From: an uncultured Gemmatimonadales bacterium
Lineage (GTDB): Bacteria; Gemmatimonadota; Gemmatimonadetes; Gemmatimonadales; GWC2-71-9
NCBI GenBank assembly: GCA_963842945.1
Contig: CAWJIM010000019.1
Span: 256,001-320,000, forward strand
DNA length: 64,000 nt
Direction: 5' to 3'
The position numbers and the translations under genes were made by a program. Positions 41,904-52,104 of this stretch are shown here, in pieces. The notes under the pieces are model-generated. The model saw nothing but the letters and a program-made list of their open reading frames with translations, had not been told where the DNA came from and ran no database searches. Position 1 is the first letter of the stretch. The number at the start of each line of letters is the position of its first letter.

Positions 41904-42746
41904 ATGTCCAAAACGATCCACGTCGCCCACAGCCCGGATTCCGACGACGCGTTCATGTTTTACGCGCTGGCGGAGGGGAAGATCGAGACCGGCGACCTGC
42001 AATACGTGCACGAGCTGGCCGATATCGAGACCTTGAACCAACGCGCCCTCCAGAAGGAGCTGGAAGTCACTGCGGTGTCAATCCACGCCTATGCCTATCT
42101 CTGGCGCGACTACGCCCTGCTGAGCTCGGGATCCTCGATGGGCGATGGGTATGGACCCCGCCTGGTGGCCCGGTCGCCCGCGCCCCGTGACCCCCGCAAC
42201 GCCCTCAACCGGCGGCGGGTGGCCATCCCGGGCAAGCTGACCACGGCTAACTTGGCGCTCCAGCTCTATCAGCGCGGCTGCGTGACCGAGGTGCTTCCCT
42301 TCGACCAGATCGAGGAAGCCGTCGAGCGGGGCGAGGTTGACGTCGGACTCCTGATCCATGAGGGGCAGCTCACCTTCGGAGATAGCGGACTTCATCTCTG
42401 GGCTGATCTGGGCGCCTGGTGGTTGGAGGAGACCGGCCTCCCCCTGCCGCTGGGCGGCAACGCCGTTCGGCGTGACCTCGGCAGCCAGGTAGTTCAGCAG
42501 ATCGCCCGCGATCTGCGGGCGAGCATCGTGTACGGCCTGGAACACCGGGCCCCGGCGCTGGCTCACGCCAAACAGTTCAATCGTGGCATCGGAGACGAGC
42601 GGACCGATACCTTCGTCGGGATGTACGTGAATCAATGGACGGTGGACTACGGACCCCGCGGCCGCGCGGCGGTCCAGCTGCTCCTGGATCGGGCGTTCGA
42701 GAACGACCTGATCCCGGAGCGGGTGCAGGTGGAGTTTGTGGGGTAG
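41904..42746 (+). CDS. mqnD: 1,4-dihydroxy-6-naphthoate synthase (MqnA/MqnD family; futalosine pathway)
   Basis: HSPDSDDAFMFYAL, DIETLN, MGDGYGP, IHEGQLT, LPLPLGGN, MYVN. Confidence 0.88.
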   Translation: MSKTIHVAHSPDSDDAFMFYALAEGKIETGDLQYVHELADIETLNQRALQKELEVTAVSIHAYAYLWRDYALLSSGSSMGDGYGPRLVARSPAPRDPRNALNRRRVAIPGKLTTANLALQLYQRGCVTEVLPFDQIEEAVERGEVDVGLLIHEGQLTFGDSGLHLWADLGAWWLEETGLPLPLGGNAVRRDLGSQVVQQIARDLRASIVYGLEHRAPALAHAKQFNRGIGDERTDTFVGMYVNQWTVDYGPRGRAAVQLLLDRAFENDLIPERVQVEFVG

Positions 42747-43209
42747 GTCTGGCTGGCGACTGACCAATACCCAACACCGCGCTTTATAGCTAGCTTGTCT
42801 TCACCCTGACTCATTTTTAACTGTCCTCAAACGGCATCAGGTACAGCCTGAGCCCGAGTCTGCGTGCCCCTGAGGCTGAGGTTGAGCAGTGCAGATCTTT
42901 GCACGCAGCGTGGTGCATTCGATTGCCTGATCACGCCGATTGATCGGGGACGTCTCAGCCGGGCCATCCACCTCACACTCCAACGGGCGGCATACCTACC
43001 TGGAAGGCCAGCAGATCAATCAATGGCTCAGGTATGACGTCACAGACCGGGTCGGTCGGGATCTACGATACCATGATCCGGTGGTACACTAGGCACTCGA
43101 GGCTGTCGTGTCTCATCGGCAGGCGCTCGTGTTCCTGGACGACGCCCGCGTCTGATCCCCCCGGTATGCTGCCCCTGCCGCCGATCCAGAGCGGCCATTG
43201 GACTCTCTC

Positions 43210-46200
43210 ATGAGCGGAGTGGACCTGATCCTCCTCGCAGCGGGCGGCATGCTCGCTGTTGTGCTGCTGAGCATTCTGGCCTGGCTGCTGTACACCGCCT
43301 ACCTGAACCGGGTTGAACGCCGGCTCGCCGCTCGCAAGGGACTCTACCGGGAGCTCGTTTCCGAGCTCGCCACCCGGGACCGGGCACTCCTCGGGCCCAC
43401 CATCAATCAGATGAGCACGCTGTACGACCTGGACGCCCTCGAAGCGTTGCTCGAGGAGCAGGCTCGCAGCGCGACCGGCCGGCCGGCGTGGCTGCTCGAG
43501 GTCTACGACCAGCTCGGTCTGGTCGATAAGTACATCGAGAAGCTCCGTACCGCCCGCAAATGGCGGGACCGGGCTTTTTCCGCCGAGCTCTTGGGGCGGG
43601 TCGGCAGCGCCAAGGCGGTCCCCGCCCTGCTGGAGACAGTTCAGGCGACGCAAACTGAAGACGCCGACGTGCGGGAGATCGCGCTGCGGGCGCTGGCCCG
43701 AATAGCTGATCCCCATGCCGTGGAGCCGCTGGTTCTGGCGCTGGCCCAGGCCGAATCATGGCTTGCCCCCCGTATTGCCGACATCCTGGCTCGTCATGGC
43801 GACCTCGTCGTCGACCCTTTGCTTGCCCTGCTCCACGATTCCGATCGCCACACCGCCCGTGCCTGGGCCGCCAATGTGCTGGGTGAAATCGGGGCCCCGG
43901 CCGCTCTTCCCGCCCTGATTCGCAGCCTGGACGATCCGGATGACGAGGTGCGAGCCAAGGCGGCCACGGCTCTGGGCCGCCTGGGAGACCGGCGCGCGCT
44001 CCAGCCGCTGCTGGATCACCTCCTTGTCGACCCCGCCCCCTTCGTTCGGGTGCGCATTGCATCCACCCTGGGGCAGTTCGGCGGTCCCGAAGTGGTGAAC
44101 CGCCTGGTGCGAACCCTTGGCGATCCCGCCTGGTGGGTTCGCTTGCGCGGGGTCGAAGCTCTGGAACAGATCGGTCCCTCGGCCGAGGGTCCGCTCGTCG
44201 TCGCGCTCGGCGATCCCGACCCCGAGATCCGCCAACGGGCGGCCGTGTCACTCGAGCGGCTGGGCGTTTCCACGGCCTTGCTCCGGCGAATCGAGCAAGA
44301 CCAGGGAGCAGAGGAGGCGGCCGACACGCTTGGCCGCTTGGCCTCAGCCGGCACCAGAGAGTTACTGACTGAGCTCCTCCTTCATCCATCCCCGATCGTT
44401 CGGCGCGCGGTGATCAAGGCGGTTCGCGAGTCTCGCCGGGGCGACCTTGGTCCGGAGCTGATCAGAATTGCGGGTGGCGACCCGGAGCCGTCGCTTCGCG
44501 TTATGGCGCTGGAGACGATTCGAACGCTTCGAGCGGGAGGGTCGCTCCCGGTGGCGCTCTCTGGAGCGAGGGATCCAGACCTCGAAGTCCGAATAGCCGC
44601 CATCGGGCTGCTCGGGGAAAGCCGAGGCGGAAACGCGTTGGATGTCCTCCGGCAGCAGACGGCCGATCCCGATCCCGCGATTCGAGCCGCCTCGATTGCC
44701 GCTCTGGCCGCCGCTAGCCGCACCGCGGCGGAGCCCGAGCTCCTGAGGTTGCTGCGAGACTCCGAATCCGCCGTGCGCGCCGCCGCTGCACTCGCGGCGG
44801 GTCAATCTGGAGCCCGGGACCTGGTCCCGGCCCTGGCCGAGCTCCTGAGCGATCCCGAGCGTGAGGTGCGTCTGGCTGCAAGCCACTCGCTCGGGGTCCT
44901 GGGTGACCGCGCGGCGGTTCCGCTCCTGCTGGCGGCGTGGGATCAAGCCAGCTCCGATTTGAGGGACAGCATCACCCGGACGATCAGCCGTCTGGATACT
45001 GCCAGTCTGGGCGACCTCATCGACCGATTGATCCAGCATGACGATCCCCAGAGCCGGCTCGCGCTCGCCCGCAACCTCGGCCGAGTCCGCTGGCATAATG
45101 GAGTCCAGCATCTGATTCGACTGGCTGCGGATGCCGACCCGACAGTTCGGACGGCAGCCCTCCAGGCCCTGGGTCAATGCGACCGGCGAACTTCACCGCC
45201 ACCGGAGCGTCTGACTCAAACGCTGGACACTGCCCTGCGCGACCCGGTGGCACCGGTTCGGGCAGCGGCCATCGACGTCTGCGCCCGGCTGGGTCTGCAA
45301 GACCAGAGTCGCCAGCTCATCGCGCTGCTCCAGAGGGATTCTGCGGCCCTGGTGAAGGAACGAGCGGCGCTTGCCATCGGTCTCCTGAGGAGCCCGGGAG
45401 GTGAGGCAGCGCTCACTGCCGCGTCGCGGCGGAATGAGCCGGCCAGTGTCAGGGCGGCCGCCATTCTCGCAGCCGGCGCATATGACCGGAGCAGCCTGGT
45501 CGGGCTGGCGTTGGAGATGCCCGATCAGGCCTCCGTGCGAGAGCTGCTCCGTGAGCGAATCAGGCACGATCCATGGTACCGGTTGCTCAGCCGAAGGCTG
45601 CCCCGGACCAGTGATGTCGAGCTTCGCGCCCTGGCAGCGGGATCTCCTGCCGAATCACAAGTCTCCCTGGCGGACGGACTCCGTGGCGTGCTCGACCCGG
45701 CTGAGCGGGTCCGGCTGATCGGCGGGCTCCGTACGTTCCAGGGCGAGCACAGCCGAACTGCTCTGCTTCAGCTGGTGCGAGGCGACCCTAGCCCTGAAGT
45801 CCGGACCGCTGCCCTCAGCTCCATCGCTGACCTGCTCGACCCGGACGAGCTGCTCAGCTTTGGGGACCGCGCGTTGGGTGATCCCAGCGCGATGGTGCGT
45901 CAGGCCGCGGTGAGCCTTTTCGCGCGAGCTCCTGCCTCCCGCGCATTTCCTCGCCTGATTCAAGCCCTGAGGCTTGACGACGATGCCGCCGTTCTGGCCG
46001 CGGTGGGCGCATTGGCGGAAGAGCACTTTTCCGATTTCCGCGACATGGCCGTGGGTCCTTTGGAAACCAACCGGTCTATGCTGGTGACTCGGATCGCCCG
46101 GTATATCCATCACCCCGACGTTCAGACGCTGCTGAGCCCGCTTTCCCGCAGTGCTGATCCGGAGGTACGGGAATCGGTGGCCGAGGCCTGGGGACACCGG

Positions 46201-46743
46201 CCGGATGCGTCCGAACCGTTGGCCCTGGAGACACTCTCCGCCGACCCGGTGCTTTCGGTTCGACGCATGGCCGTTGGGGCGGTGGTTGCAGCCGAGCGAT
46301 ACGAGCTGCTGGATCGGATGCGGCAGGACCCGGAGCCTGAGGTGCGCCGCGAGATTGCCTTGAAGCTGGGCTCCGCTGCTCCGGTCGGACCCGAAGGTCT
46401 GTTGGTGTTGGAGCACCTCGAGTCCGACGGCGACATGACGGTCCGGGCTGCGGCGCACATCAGCCGGCTGCTGCAAGGCGTTCCACTCTCGCTGCCCCCC
46501 AATCTCGACACCCGGGTGGCTGCCGATGCGGTGCGCCAGGGAGCCGAGCTCGGTGCATTGCGCCACGTCGCTCGCACGGCGCCATCGGAGGACCGGCGAC
46601 TTTCCGCCGGCCTGGCGCTGGCTCTGATTCACGACGAGGTAGCCCGTGAGGTGGCACGGTCCGATCCGGCACCCACGGTGCGTCATCGGGTGGCCGGCGC
46701 CCTCGAGCTGTCACTGGCCAACCTCGCGGGAGGTGCGCCGTGA
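43210..46743 (+). CDS. Large membrane-anchored HEAT-repeat protein
   Basis: N-terminal TM; many L.DPD.EVR..AA.ALG repeats over ~1180 aa. Confidence 0.9.
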   Translation: MSGVDLILLAAGGMLAVVLLSILAWLLYTAYLNRVERRLAARKGLYRELVSELATRDRALLGPTINQMSTLYDLDALEALLEEQARSATGRPAWLLEVYDQLGLVDKYIEKLRTARKWRDRAFSAELLGRVGSAKAVPALLETVQATQTEDADVREIALRALARIADPHAVEPLVLALAQAESWLAPRIADILARHGDLVVDPLLALLHDSDRHTARAWAANVLGEIGAPAALPALIRSLDDPDDEVRAKAATALGRLGDRRALQPLLDHLLVDPAPFVRVRIASTLGQFGGPEVVNRLVRTLGDPAWWVRLRGVEALEQIGPSAEGPLVVALGDPDPEIRQRAAVSLERLGVSTALLRRIEQDQGAEEAADTLGRLASAGTRELLTELLLHPSPIVRRAVIKAVRESRRGDLGPELIRIAGGDPEPSLRVMALETIRTLRAGGSLPVALSGARDPDLEVRIAAIGLLGESRGGNALDVLRQQTADPDPAIRAASIAALAAASRTAAEPELLRLLRDSESAVRAAAALAAGQSGARDLVPALAELLSDPEREVRLAASHSLGVLGDRAAVPLLLAAWDQASSDLRDSITRTISRLDTASLGDLIDRLIQHDDPQSRLALARNLGRVRWHNGVQHLIRLAADADPTVRTAALQALGQCDRRTSPPPERLTQTLDTALRDPVAPVRAAAIDVCARLGLQDQSRQLIALLQRDSAALVKERAALAIGLLRSPGGEAALTAASRRNEPASVRAAAILAAGAYDRSSLVGLALEMPDQASVRELLRERIRHDPWYRLLSRRLPRTSDVELRALAAGSPAESQVSLADGLRGVLDPAERVRLIGGLRTFQGEHSRTALLQLVRGDPSPEVRTAALSSIADLLDPDELLSFGDRALGDPSAMVRQAAVSLFARAPASRAFPRLIQALRLDDDAAVLAAVGALAEEHFSDFRDMAVGPLETNRSMLVTRIARYIHHPDVQTLLSPLSRSADPEVRESVAEAWGHRPDASEPLALETLSADPVLSVRRMAVGAVVAAERYELLDRMRQDPEPEVRREIALKLGSAAPVGPEGLLVLEHLESDGDMTVRAAAHISRLLQGVPLSLPPNLDTRVAADAVRQGAELGALRHVARTAPSEDRRLSAGLALALIHDEVAREVARSDPAPTVRHRVAGALELSLANLAGGAP

Positions 46744-48296
46744 TCAGCATAGTGGAGTGGGTGCTGATCGCGCTGGTCCTCTCGATCCAGCCACTATTCC
46801 TGGCATACTTCATTCTCTACAACACCTACACCTTGTGGCTGATTGCGCTCTCCGCCCGGCAGGTCCGCCGGCGGGTGGCCGGACACTTCATCGAAGACCT
46901 CGATCTGATCGATGAGGCAGATCTGACCAAGCCACTCACCATGATCATGCCGGCCTATAACGAGGAAGTGCCGATCGTCGACACGGTCACCGGCCTGATC
47001 AATTGCGACTACCCCCGCTTCGAGATCGTGGTGGTGAATGATGGGTCGTCTGACGCGACCCTGGAGCGGCTCAAGAGCGCCTTCCAGCTCCGCCGGACTG
47101 ACGCACCCTATCGCCCGGCTATCACCACGGCGCCGGTTCGGGCCATGTACCGGGCCACCATTCCCCTCCCGGCTCAGGTGATGCAGCTGATCGTGATCGA
47201 CAAGGAAAACGGGGGGAAAGCAGACGCCATGAACGCCGGCATCAATGCTTCCACCACTCCGTATTTCGTCTCGCTCGATGCCGATTCGATTCTGGACCAG
47301 CACGCGCTGAAGGAACTGATGCGCGTCATTCAGGAAGACCCCAGGGTGGTGGCGGTCGGAGGACAGGTGGCCATCGCCAATGGCTGCACCGTACGCAACA
47401 GCCACGTGGTGAAAGTGGGGCTCCCCGCCCGGTCGCTGCCGCGCTTCCAGATGGTGGAATATCTCCGTTCCTTCACCGCGGCTCGCACCGGTCTCGATCG
47501 GATGCACGCCATCCTCATCCTGAGCGGCGTCTTCGCGGTGTTCGAGAAGGAAACGGTGATCCGGGCCGGGGGATATCTCACCCCATTTCTGCGGAACCGG
47601 CTGGTTGAGGAGTATGTAGGGACCGGCCTCGGCACCGTGTGCGAAGACATGGAGATCATCGTGCGGTTGCACCGGTTCATCCTGGACAAGCTGCACGGCC
47701 GGCGCATTGCCTTTCTTCCCCATCCGGTGGCCTGGACCGAGGTCCCCGAAAGCTTCGAATCGCTTCGCAAACAGCGGGGGCGCTGGTACCGCGGACTCCG
47801 CGAATCCTTGCGCTATCACCGGGCCATGCTCTGGCAGTCTAAGTTTGGCCGGATCGGCTGGTTTGCCCTCCCGGCGTCCTGGCTGTTCGAGTACTACGGT
47901 CCGCTGGTCGAGATCGTGGGCTATGGGTGCATCCTCTTCCTGTTCTTGATGCAGCAGATAACCGGCCTTCAGTTGTTCGGCACCGAGTACCTGCTGGCAT
48001 TTGTGCTCGCATCGCTTGGCTACGGGATACTGGTCAACGTGCTATCCGTTTTGGTGGGCGCCTGGCGATTCCGCTACGGCCTGGCCGACCGGCTCCAGCG
48101 CCATCTCCTGCCCTTCAGCCGCCGCGGTGAGGTCCTGATCCTGCTACTGTATGCCGTCTTGGAGAATCTGGGATACCGCCAGCTCACTCTGTACTGGAGA
48201 CTGCGGGGCCTGTGGGACGCATGGCGAGGCAAGACCGGTTGGGAGAAGTTTGGCCGGGTCGGCTTCCGGCCCGGAGAGGTGACGCCACATGGCTGA
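46740..48296 (+). CDS. Processive GT2 glycosyltransferase (PgaC/chitin-synthase-like)
   Basis: PAYNEE, VNDGS, GGKADAMN, DADS, CEDME, QRGRW; flanking TMs. Confidence 0.92.
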   Translation: MISIVEWVLIALVLSIQPLFLAYFILYNTYTLWLIALSARQVRRRVAGHFIEDLDLIDEADLTKPLTMIMPAYNEEVPIVDTVTGLINCDYPRFEIVVVNDGSSDATLERLKSAFQLRRTDAPYRPAITTAPVRAMYRATIPLPAQVMQLIVIDKENGGKADAMNAGINASTTPYFVSLDADSILDQHALKELMRVIQEDPRVVAVGGQVAIANGCTVRNSHVVKVGLPARSLPRFQMVEYLRSFTAARTGLDRMHAILILSGVFAVFEKETVIRAGGYLTPFLRNRLVEEYVGTGLGTVCEDMEIIVRLHRFILDKLHGRRIAFLPHPVAWTEVPESFESLRKQRGRWYRGLRESLRYHRAMLWQSKFGRIGWFALPASWLFEYYGPLVEIVGYGCILFLFLMQQITGLQLFGTEYLLAFVLASLGYGILVNVLSVLVGAWRFRYGLADRLQRHLLPFSRRGEVLILLLYAVLENLGYRQLTLYWRLRGLWDAWRGKTGWEKFGRVGFRPGEVTPHG

Positions 48297-49368
48297 TAGC
48301 GCTCGGCCCCGCATTCTGCTGGTGGACGACGATCCGGACATGGTGCGGCTGGTGCAGCACGTGCTGACGGCGAACAGGTTGGGTCCGGCGGCCGAGGTGA
48401 GAACCGGCCGCGAAGCCCTGCTTACGTTGAAGGACGCGGACATCGTCCTGCTGGATCACCAGCTCCCGGACACCAGTGGTCTGGACCTGCTCGTCGCCAT
48501 TCGCGCCCAACCGTCACCTCCCGCGGTCATTCTGGTTACGGCCCACGGCAACGAGGCTTTGGCCGCCTCCGCCCTCCGTCTCGGCGCAGACGACTATCTG
48601 GCCAAGGACGCCGCCCTGGCTGAGCTGCTGCCCCAGGTCCTGGAGCGGGTCCGGCGCAATCGGGAGCTGAGCAAGGCGCTGGCCGCGGCCGAGCAGGACC
48701 TGGTGCGGGCGGAGCGGCTGGCCGCCATCGGTGAGATGAGCGTCACCCTGCACCACGAGATCAACAACCCGCTGATGGCCGCGTTTGCCGATGTGGATCT
48801 CCTGCTTGCCGACTTGCAGGGAGACGTCGAGGAACGGCGCCAGGGACTGGAGAGCATCCGCCATGCCCTCCGCAGAATCCGGGACATCCTGCAGCGCATC
48901 GGCGACCTGCGGGAAGCCCGGAGCAAAGAGTACTTGTCGGGCGTTCGCATGCTCGATCTATCCCGCTCGGCTGACGCGCCGCGGGAGGCGGATCGCGGTG
49001 AAGCGGTGATCTACCTGGCCGACGAGGATCTCGCCCGGATCACCTCGCTCCTGCTGCGCGATGCCGGGTTTCAGGTACGCCGGGCGAGTTCACTGGCCGA
49101 TCTCGAGAGGGCGGCGGCCCGGCTCGGCGTGGCAGTGGTGGTGGTCGCCGGGAGCGGCAGCACGCCGGGAGCGCATCCGCTGGGCGGATTCGTCGCTACG
49201 CCCGACCGGGAGTATCTGCTGGTGGCATTGGTCAGGGGTGAGGGCACGACAGCGCGGAAGGGCGGGGCCGATCACATCGTGCGGCTCCCCTTCGACCCCC
49301 GAACTTTTACAGCGGAGATCCTGCGCCGGCTCGCTCCACTTTCGCCTGCTGATACGCCATCCCCCTGA
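48289..49368 (+). CDS. Response regulator: receiver + HisKA-like helix + degenerate receiver, no HATPase
   Basis: LLVDDD, LLDHQLPD, TAHG, DYLAK; LHHEINNPL H-box. Confidence 0.8.
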   Translation: MADSARPRILLVDDDPDMVRLVQHVLTANRLGPAAEVRTGREALLTLKDADIVLLDHQLPDTSGLDLLVAIRAQPSPPAVILVTAHGNEALAASALRLGADDYLAKDAALAELLPQVLERVRRNRELSKALAAAEQDLVRAERLAAIGEMSVTLHHEINNPLMAAFADVDLLLADLQGDVEERRQGLESIRHALRRIRDILQRIGDLREARSKEYLSGVRMLDLSRSADAPREADRGEAVIYLADEDLARITSLLLRDAGFQVRRASSLADLERAAARLGVAVVVVAGSGSTPGAHPLGGFVATPDREYLLVALVRGEGTTARKGGADHIVRLPFDPRTFTAEILRRLAPLSPADTPSP

Positions 49369-50344
49369 GGCGAATGACCCGCTGCTGAATGGGCGGGTGC
49401 GAGACCATCACATCGGCCAGCAGTCCCTCCTTCGAGGCGAGGGCGGTCGGGGCAGGATCCACGATACAGAGATGCGCGGCGCCCTGCGTGATTGAGCGGG
49501 TAGGCTCGGCAGCGGACGCGAGCTTCTCCAGGGCCGTAGCCAGTGCCATCGGATTCCGGGTGAACTGGGCCCCACTGGCATCGGCCAGGTACTCTCGCTT
49601 CCGGCTCACCGCCAACGCCAGCACCCGCGATACCACCGGCGCGATCACCAGGGTCAGCATCCACAGGATCAGAATCACCAGGCCCAGGGGGTTCCCACCC
49701 TTACTGCTTCCTCGCCGGCCCGCCGCCCCGCTGCCTCGCACGACCCCCCGCCCAAGCATGCGTCCCATGCCGTCAGACATGAGCGCAATGGCGCCCACCA
49801 TCCCGGCCAGAAGTGTCATCAGCCTGATATCCAGATTGCGGATGTGCGCCATTTCATGGGCCACCACCGCCTGCAGCTCGTCACGGGACAGCAGATTCAG
49901 CAGACCTTCGGTAACCGCCACGCTGGCGGTCGCGGCGTCGTGGCCGGTGGCAAAGGCGTTAGGGTCCGGGTCGGGCACGATCCAGATCTTGGGTCGGGGC
50001 AAACCCGACGCGATCGCCATTTCCTCCACCACGTTCACCAGCTGCTTTTGCTGCGGCGTGGCCGGCTCGATCAGCTCCCAGGCGCCGGTGGACCAGAGCA
50101 CGCGGCCTGGCCCATAGTGCGAGGCGTGCCAGCAGATGCCGGCGGCGGCAAGGGTACTGAAGATGCCGATGAAGGGAACGACGTGGTGGTACTCGGAAGG
50201 ACCGGCGTTACTGGTGAGCAGGTAGAACCCGAGGTCTCCGCCGAAGCCGACCCAGGCGAAGAACAGCACAAACCCGATGATCAGCCAGCGCGAGCGGCGT
50301 CGATTGGCTTCCTGTTGAGCAAAGAGATTGACGTCCTCGCTCAC
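49307..50344 (-). CDS. htpX: M48 (HtpX-like) zinc metalloprotease
   Basis: PNAFATG, HEMAH, REYLAD, SHPP. Confidence 0.88.
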   Translation of the reverse strand: MSEDVNLFAQQEANRRRSRWLIIGFVLFFAWVGFGGDLGFYLLTSNAGPSEYHHVVPFIGIFSTLAAAGICWHASHYGPGRVLWSTGAWELIEPATPQQKQLVNVVEEMAIASGLPRPKIWIVPDPDPNAFATGHDAATASVAVTEGLLNLLSRDELQAVVAHEMAHIRNLDIRLMTLLAGMVGAIALMSDGMGRMLGRGVVRGSGAAGRRGSSKGGNPLGLVILILWMLTLVIAPVVSRVLALAVSRKREYLADASGAQFTRNPMALATALEKLASAAEPTRSITQGAAHLCIVDPAPTALASKEGLLADVMVSHPPIQQRVIRLRGMAYQQAKVERAGAGSPL

Positions 50345-50913
50345 GAAGCCGGTTTGTTCAGCGAGAGGTCGACCACGGGGACCGCCCGCTCCCCGGCATC
50401 CTCGATCTCCCACAGCTCGGCGGGAGAAGCCTTGGCCAGACCGGCGATGAGGTTGGTGGGAAATTGCATCTGCTTGGTGTTGTATTGAGTGGCGACGTCG
50501 TTATAAAGCTGGCGAGCAAAACCAATCTTGTTCTCGGTACTGGTCAGCTCTTCCTGAAGCGCAGCCACGTTGCCGGTGGCCTTGAGGTCCGGGTAGGCCT
50601 CGGTCAGCGCGAACAGCCGGCCCAGCGCCTGGGTCAACTCTCCTTCCGCCTGGGCCGTCTGCCGCACCCCGGTGGCGCTCACCGCCCGATTCCTGGCGGA
50701 GATCACCGCATCGAGCGTAGAGCGCTCGAAGTCCATGGCCCCTTTGACCGTGTTCACCAGGTTGGGGATCAGATCGTGGCGACGCTTGAGCTGCACGTCG
50801 ATCTGCTTCCAGGCATTGATCACCTGGTTCTTCAACGAGACCAGGCCGTTATAGGCCCCGATCACCCACAACACCAGCACCGCAAGGACGACCAACAGGA
50901 CGACCGTGCTCAT
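50341..50913 (-). CDS. lemA: LemA family protein
   Basis: YNGLV, IDVQLKRRHDLIPNLV, EAYPDLKA, RQLYND, FPTNL. Confidence 0.95.
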   Translation of the reverse strand: MSTVVLLVVLAVLVLWVIGAYNGLVSLKNQVINAWKQIDVQLKRRHDLIPNLVNTVKGAMDFERSTLDAVISARNRAVSATGVRQTAQAEGELTQALGRLFALTEAYPDLKATGNVAALQEELTSTENKIGFARQLYNDVATQYNTKQMQFPTNLIAGLAKASPAELWEIEDAGERAVPVVDLSLNKPAS

Positions 50914-50941
50914 GTCGGATTCCCTTATTGGGTGAGAGTCT

Positions 50942-51694
50942 CTATTCGGACCTTTCGCTGCCCACTGCCGGCTGGTCGAACATTTCCGAATCCGCCAGGG
51001 TCGAGCTCCAGGCCGATGCCGCCATCCGCGACAACTCGGTTGAATTCGGAGCGTTGGCGGCTTCGAGGCCGATCACTGACGCCAGCGCCTGACGAAGGGC
51101 TTCGGCGATGATGGTGGGATCGCGGTTCAACCGGAGAGCGGGATGCTGCTCGTCCATGAGGACCTCGACCCCCGGCGCTACCAGGATCCGGCGGCAGGTA
51201 GACCCGGCCGCGCTCAAACCTTCGACCGGGGCCAGCCAGGCCATGACTGCACGGCCCACCCTTCCCCGCCCGGTGCCGGGAGTCCGGAGCAGAGGGAGCT
51301 GATCGGGCGGCGGCAGGCCGGGCCCCAGCGAGCTGGCGGCACGGCGCTCGATCACGTCGCCGGTCATCCCCGCAAACTCCTTCAACATGGAATCCAGCGT
51401 GGCCCCCTCCATCTGCCGCAGCTTGATCGCGAGGACCTGCAGGAGGTGACGGTAGGAGTAGACCGCTGCGGTGCCCCGTCCATCGGGAGGGCTGACCAGA
51501 CCGCGCGCCACATAAAATCGAATGGTGCGCTCGCTGGGGCGGGCACGGGCGGCCGCGTTGACCGGCACCACTCCCGAGGCGTCGAGAATGCCCCCGGCGA
51601 GGGCTGCCAGATCCCGTAGTCCCCAGGGCGCCAGCGCTCGGTATTCCCGCAGCGTGGTGAGCGGGTCGGGGGGGGCGTGAGTAGCCGTATTCAT
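50942..51694 (-). CDS. MerR-family HTH regulator
   Basis: ERTIRFYVARGLVSPP...AVYSYRHLLQVLAIK. Confidence 0.8.
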   Translation of the reverse strand: MNTATHAPPDPLTTLREYRALAPWGLRDLAALAGGILDASGVVPVNAAARARPSERTIRFYVARGLVSPPDGRGTAAVYSYRHLLQVLAIKLRQMEGATLDSMLKEFAGMTGDVIERRAASSLGPGLPPPDQLPLLRTPGTGRGRVGRAVMAWLAPVEGLSAAGSTCRRILVAPGVEVLMDEQHPALRLNRDPTIIAEALRQALASVIGLEAANAPNSTELSRMAASAWSSTLADSEMFDQPAVGSERSE

Positions 51695-52104
51695 GGATTC
51701 CCGTTTCCCTCCCGGATGTCGGAGTCGGGCTCGAGGTCGGCGAGTACCCGGCTGACGATGGTCACCAGGGCGTCCAGGTTGAAGGGTTTATGGAGTACGG
51801 GGCAGCCGGCCAGTTCTATGGGCCAGTCCGGCTGGGGCGGAGGAGGATCTCCACTCATCAGGATCACCCGTCCCAGCAGCCGCGGCCACTGTCGTATGAT
51901 GGCCAGGAAGAAAGCGTCGCCGGAGATCTGCGGGAGTCGGAGATCGAGCAATACCACGTCGAAGCTGGTCTCGCCCAGCATCTGGTAAGCCGAGTCTGGA
52001 TCGGCCACGGATACCACGTCATAGTGATGGCCCCGGAGCGAGCGCTCCAGAATACGGCGCACGCCTGGCTCGTCGTCAACAACCAGGACTCGGTACCGGT
52101 TCAT
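51691..52104 (-). CDS. Single-domain response regulator
   Basis: LVVDDE, LLDLRLP, MSG, KPF. Confidence 0.9.
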   Translation of the reverse strand: MNRYRVLVVDDEPGVRRILERSLRGHHYDVVSVADPDSAYQMLGETSFDVVLLDLRLPQISGDAFFLAIIRQWPRLLGRVILMSGDPPPPQPDWPIELAGCPVLHKPFNLDALVTIVSRVLADLEPDSDIREGNGNP

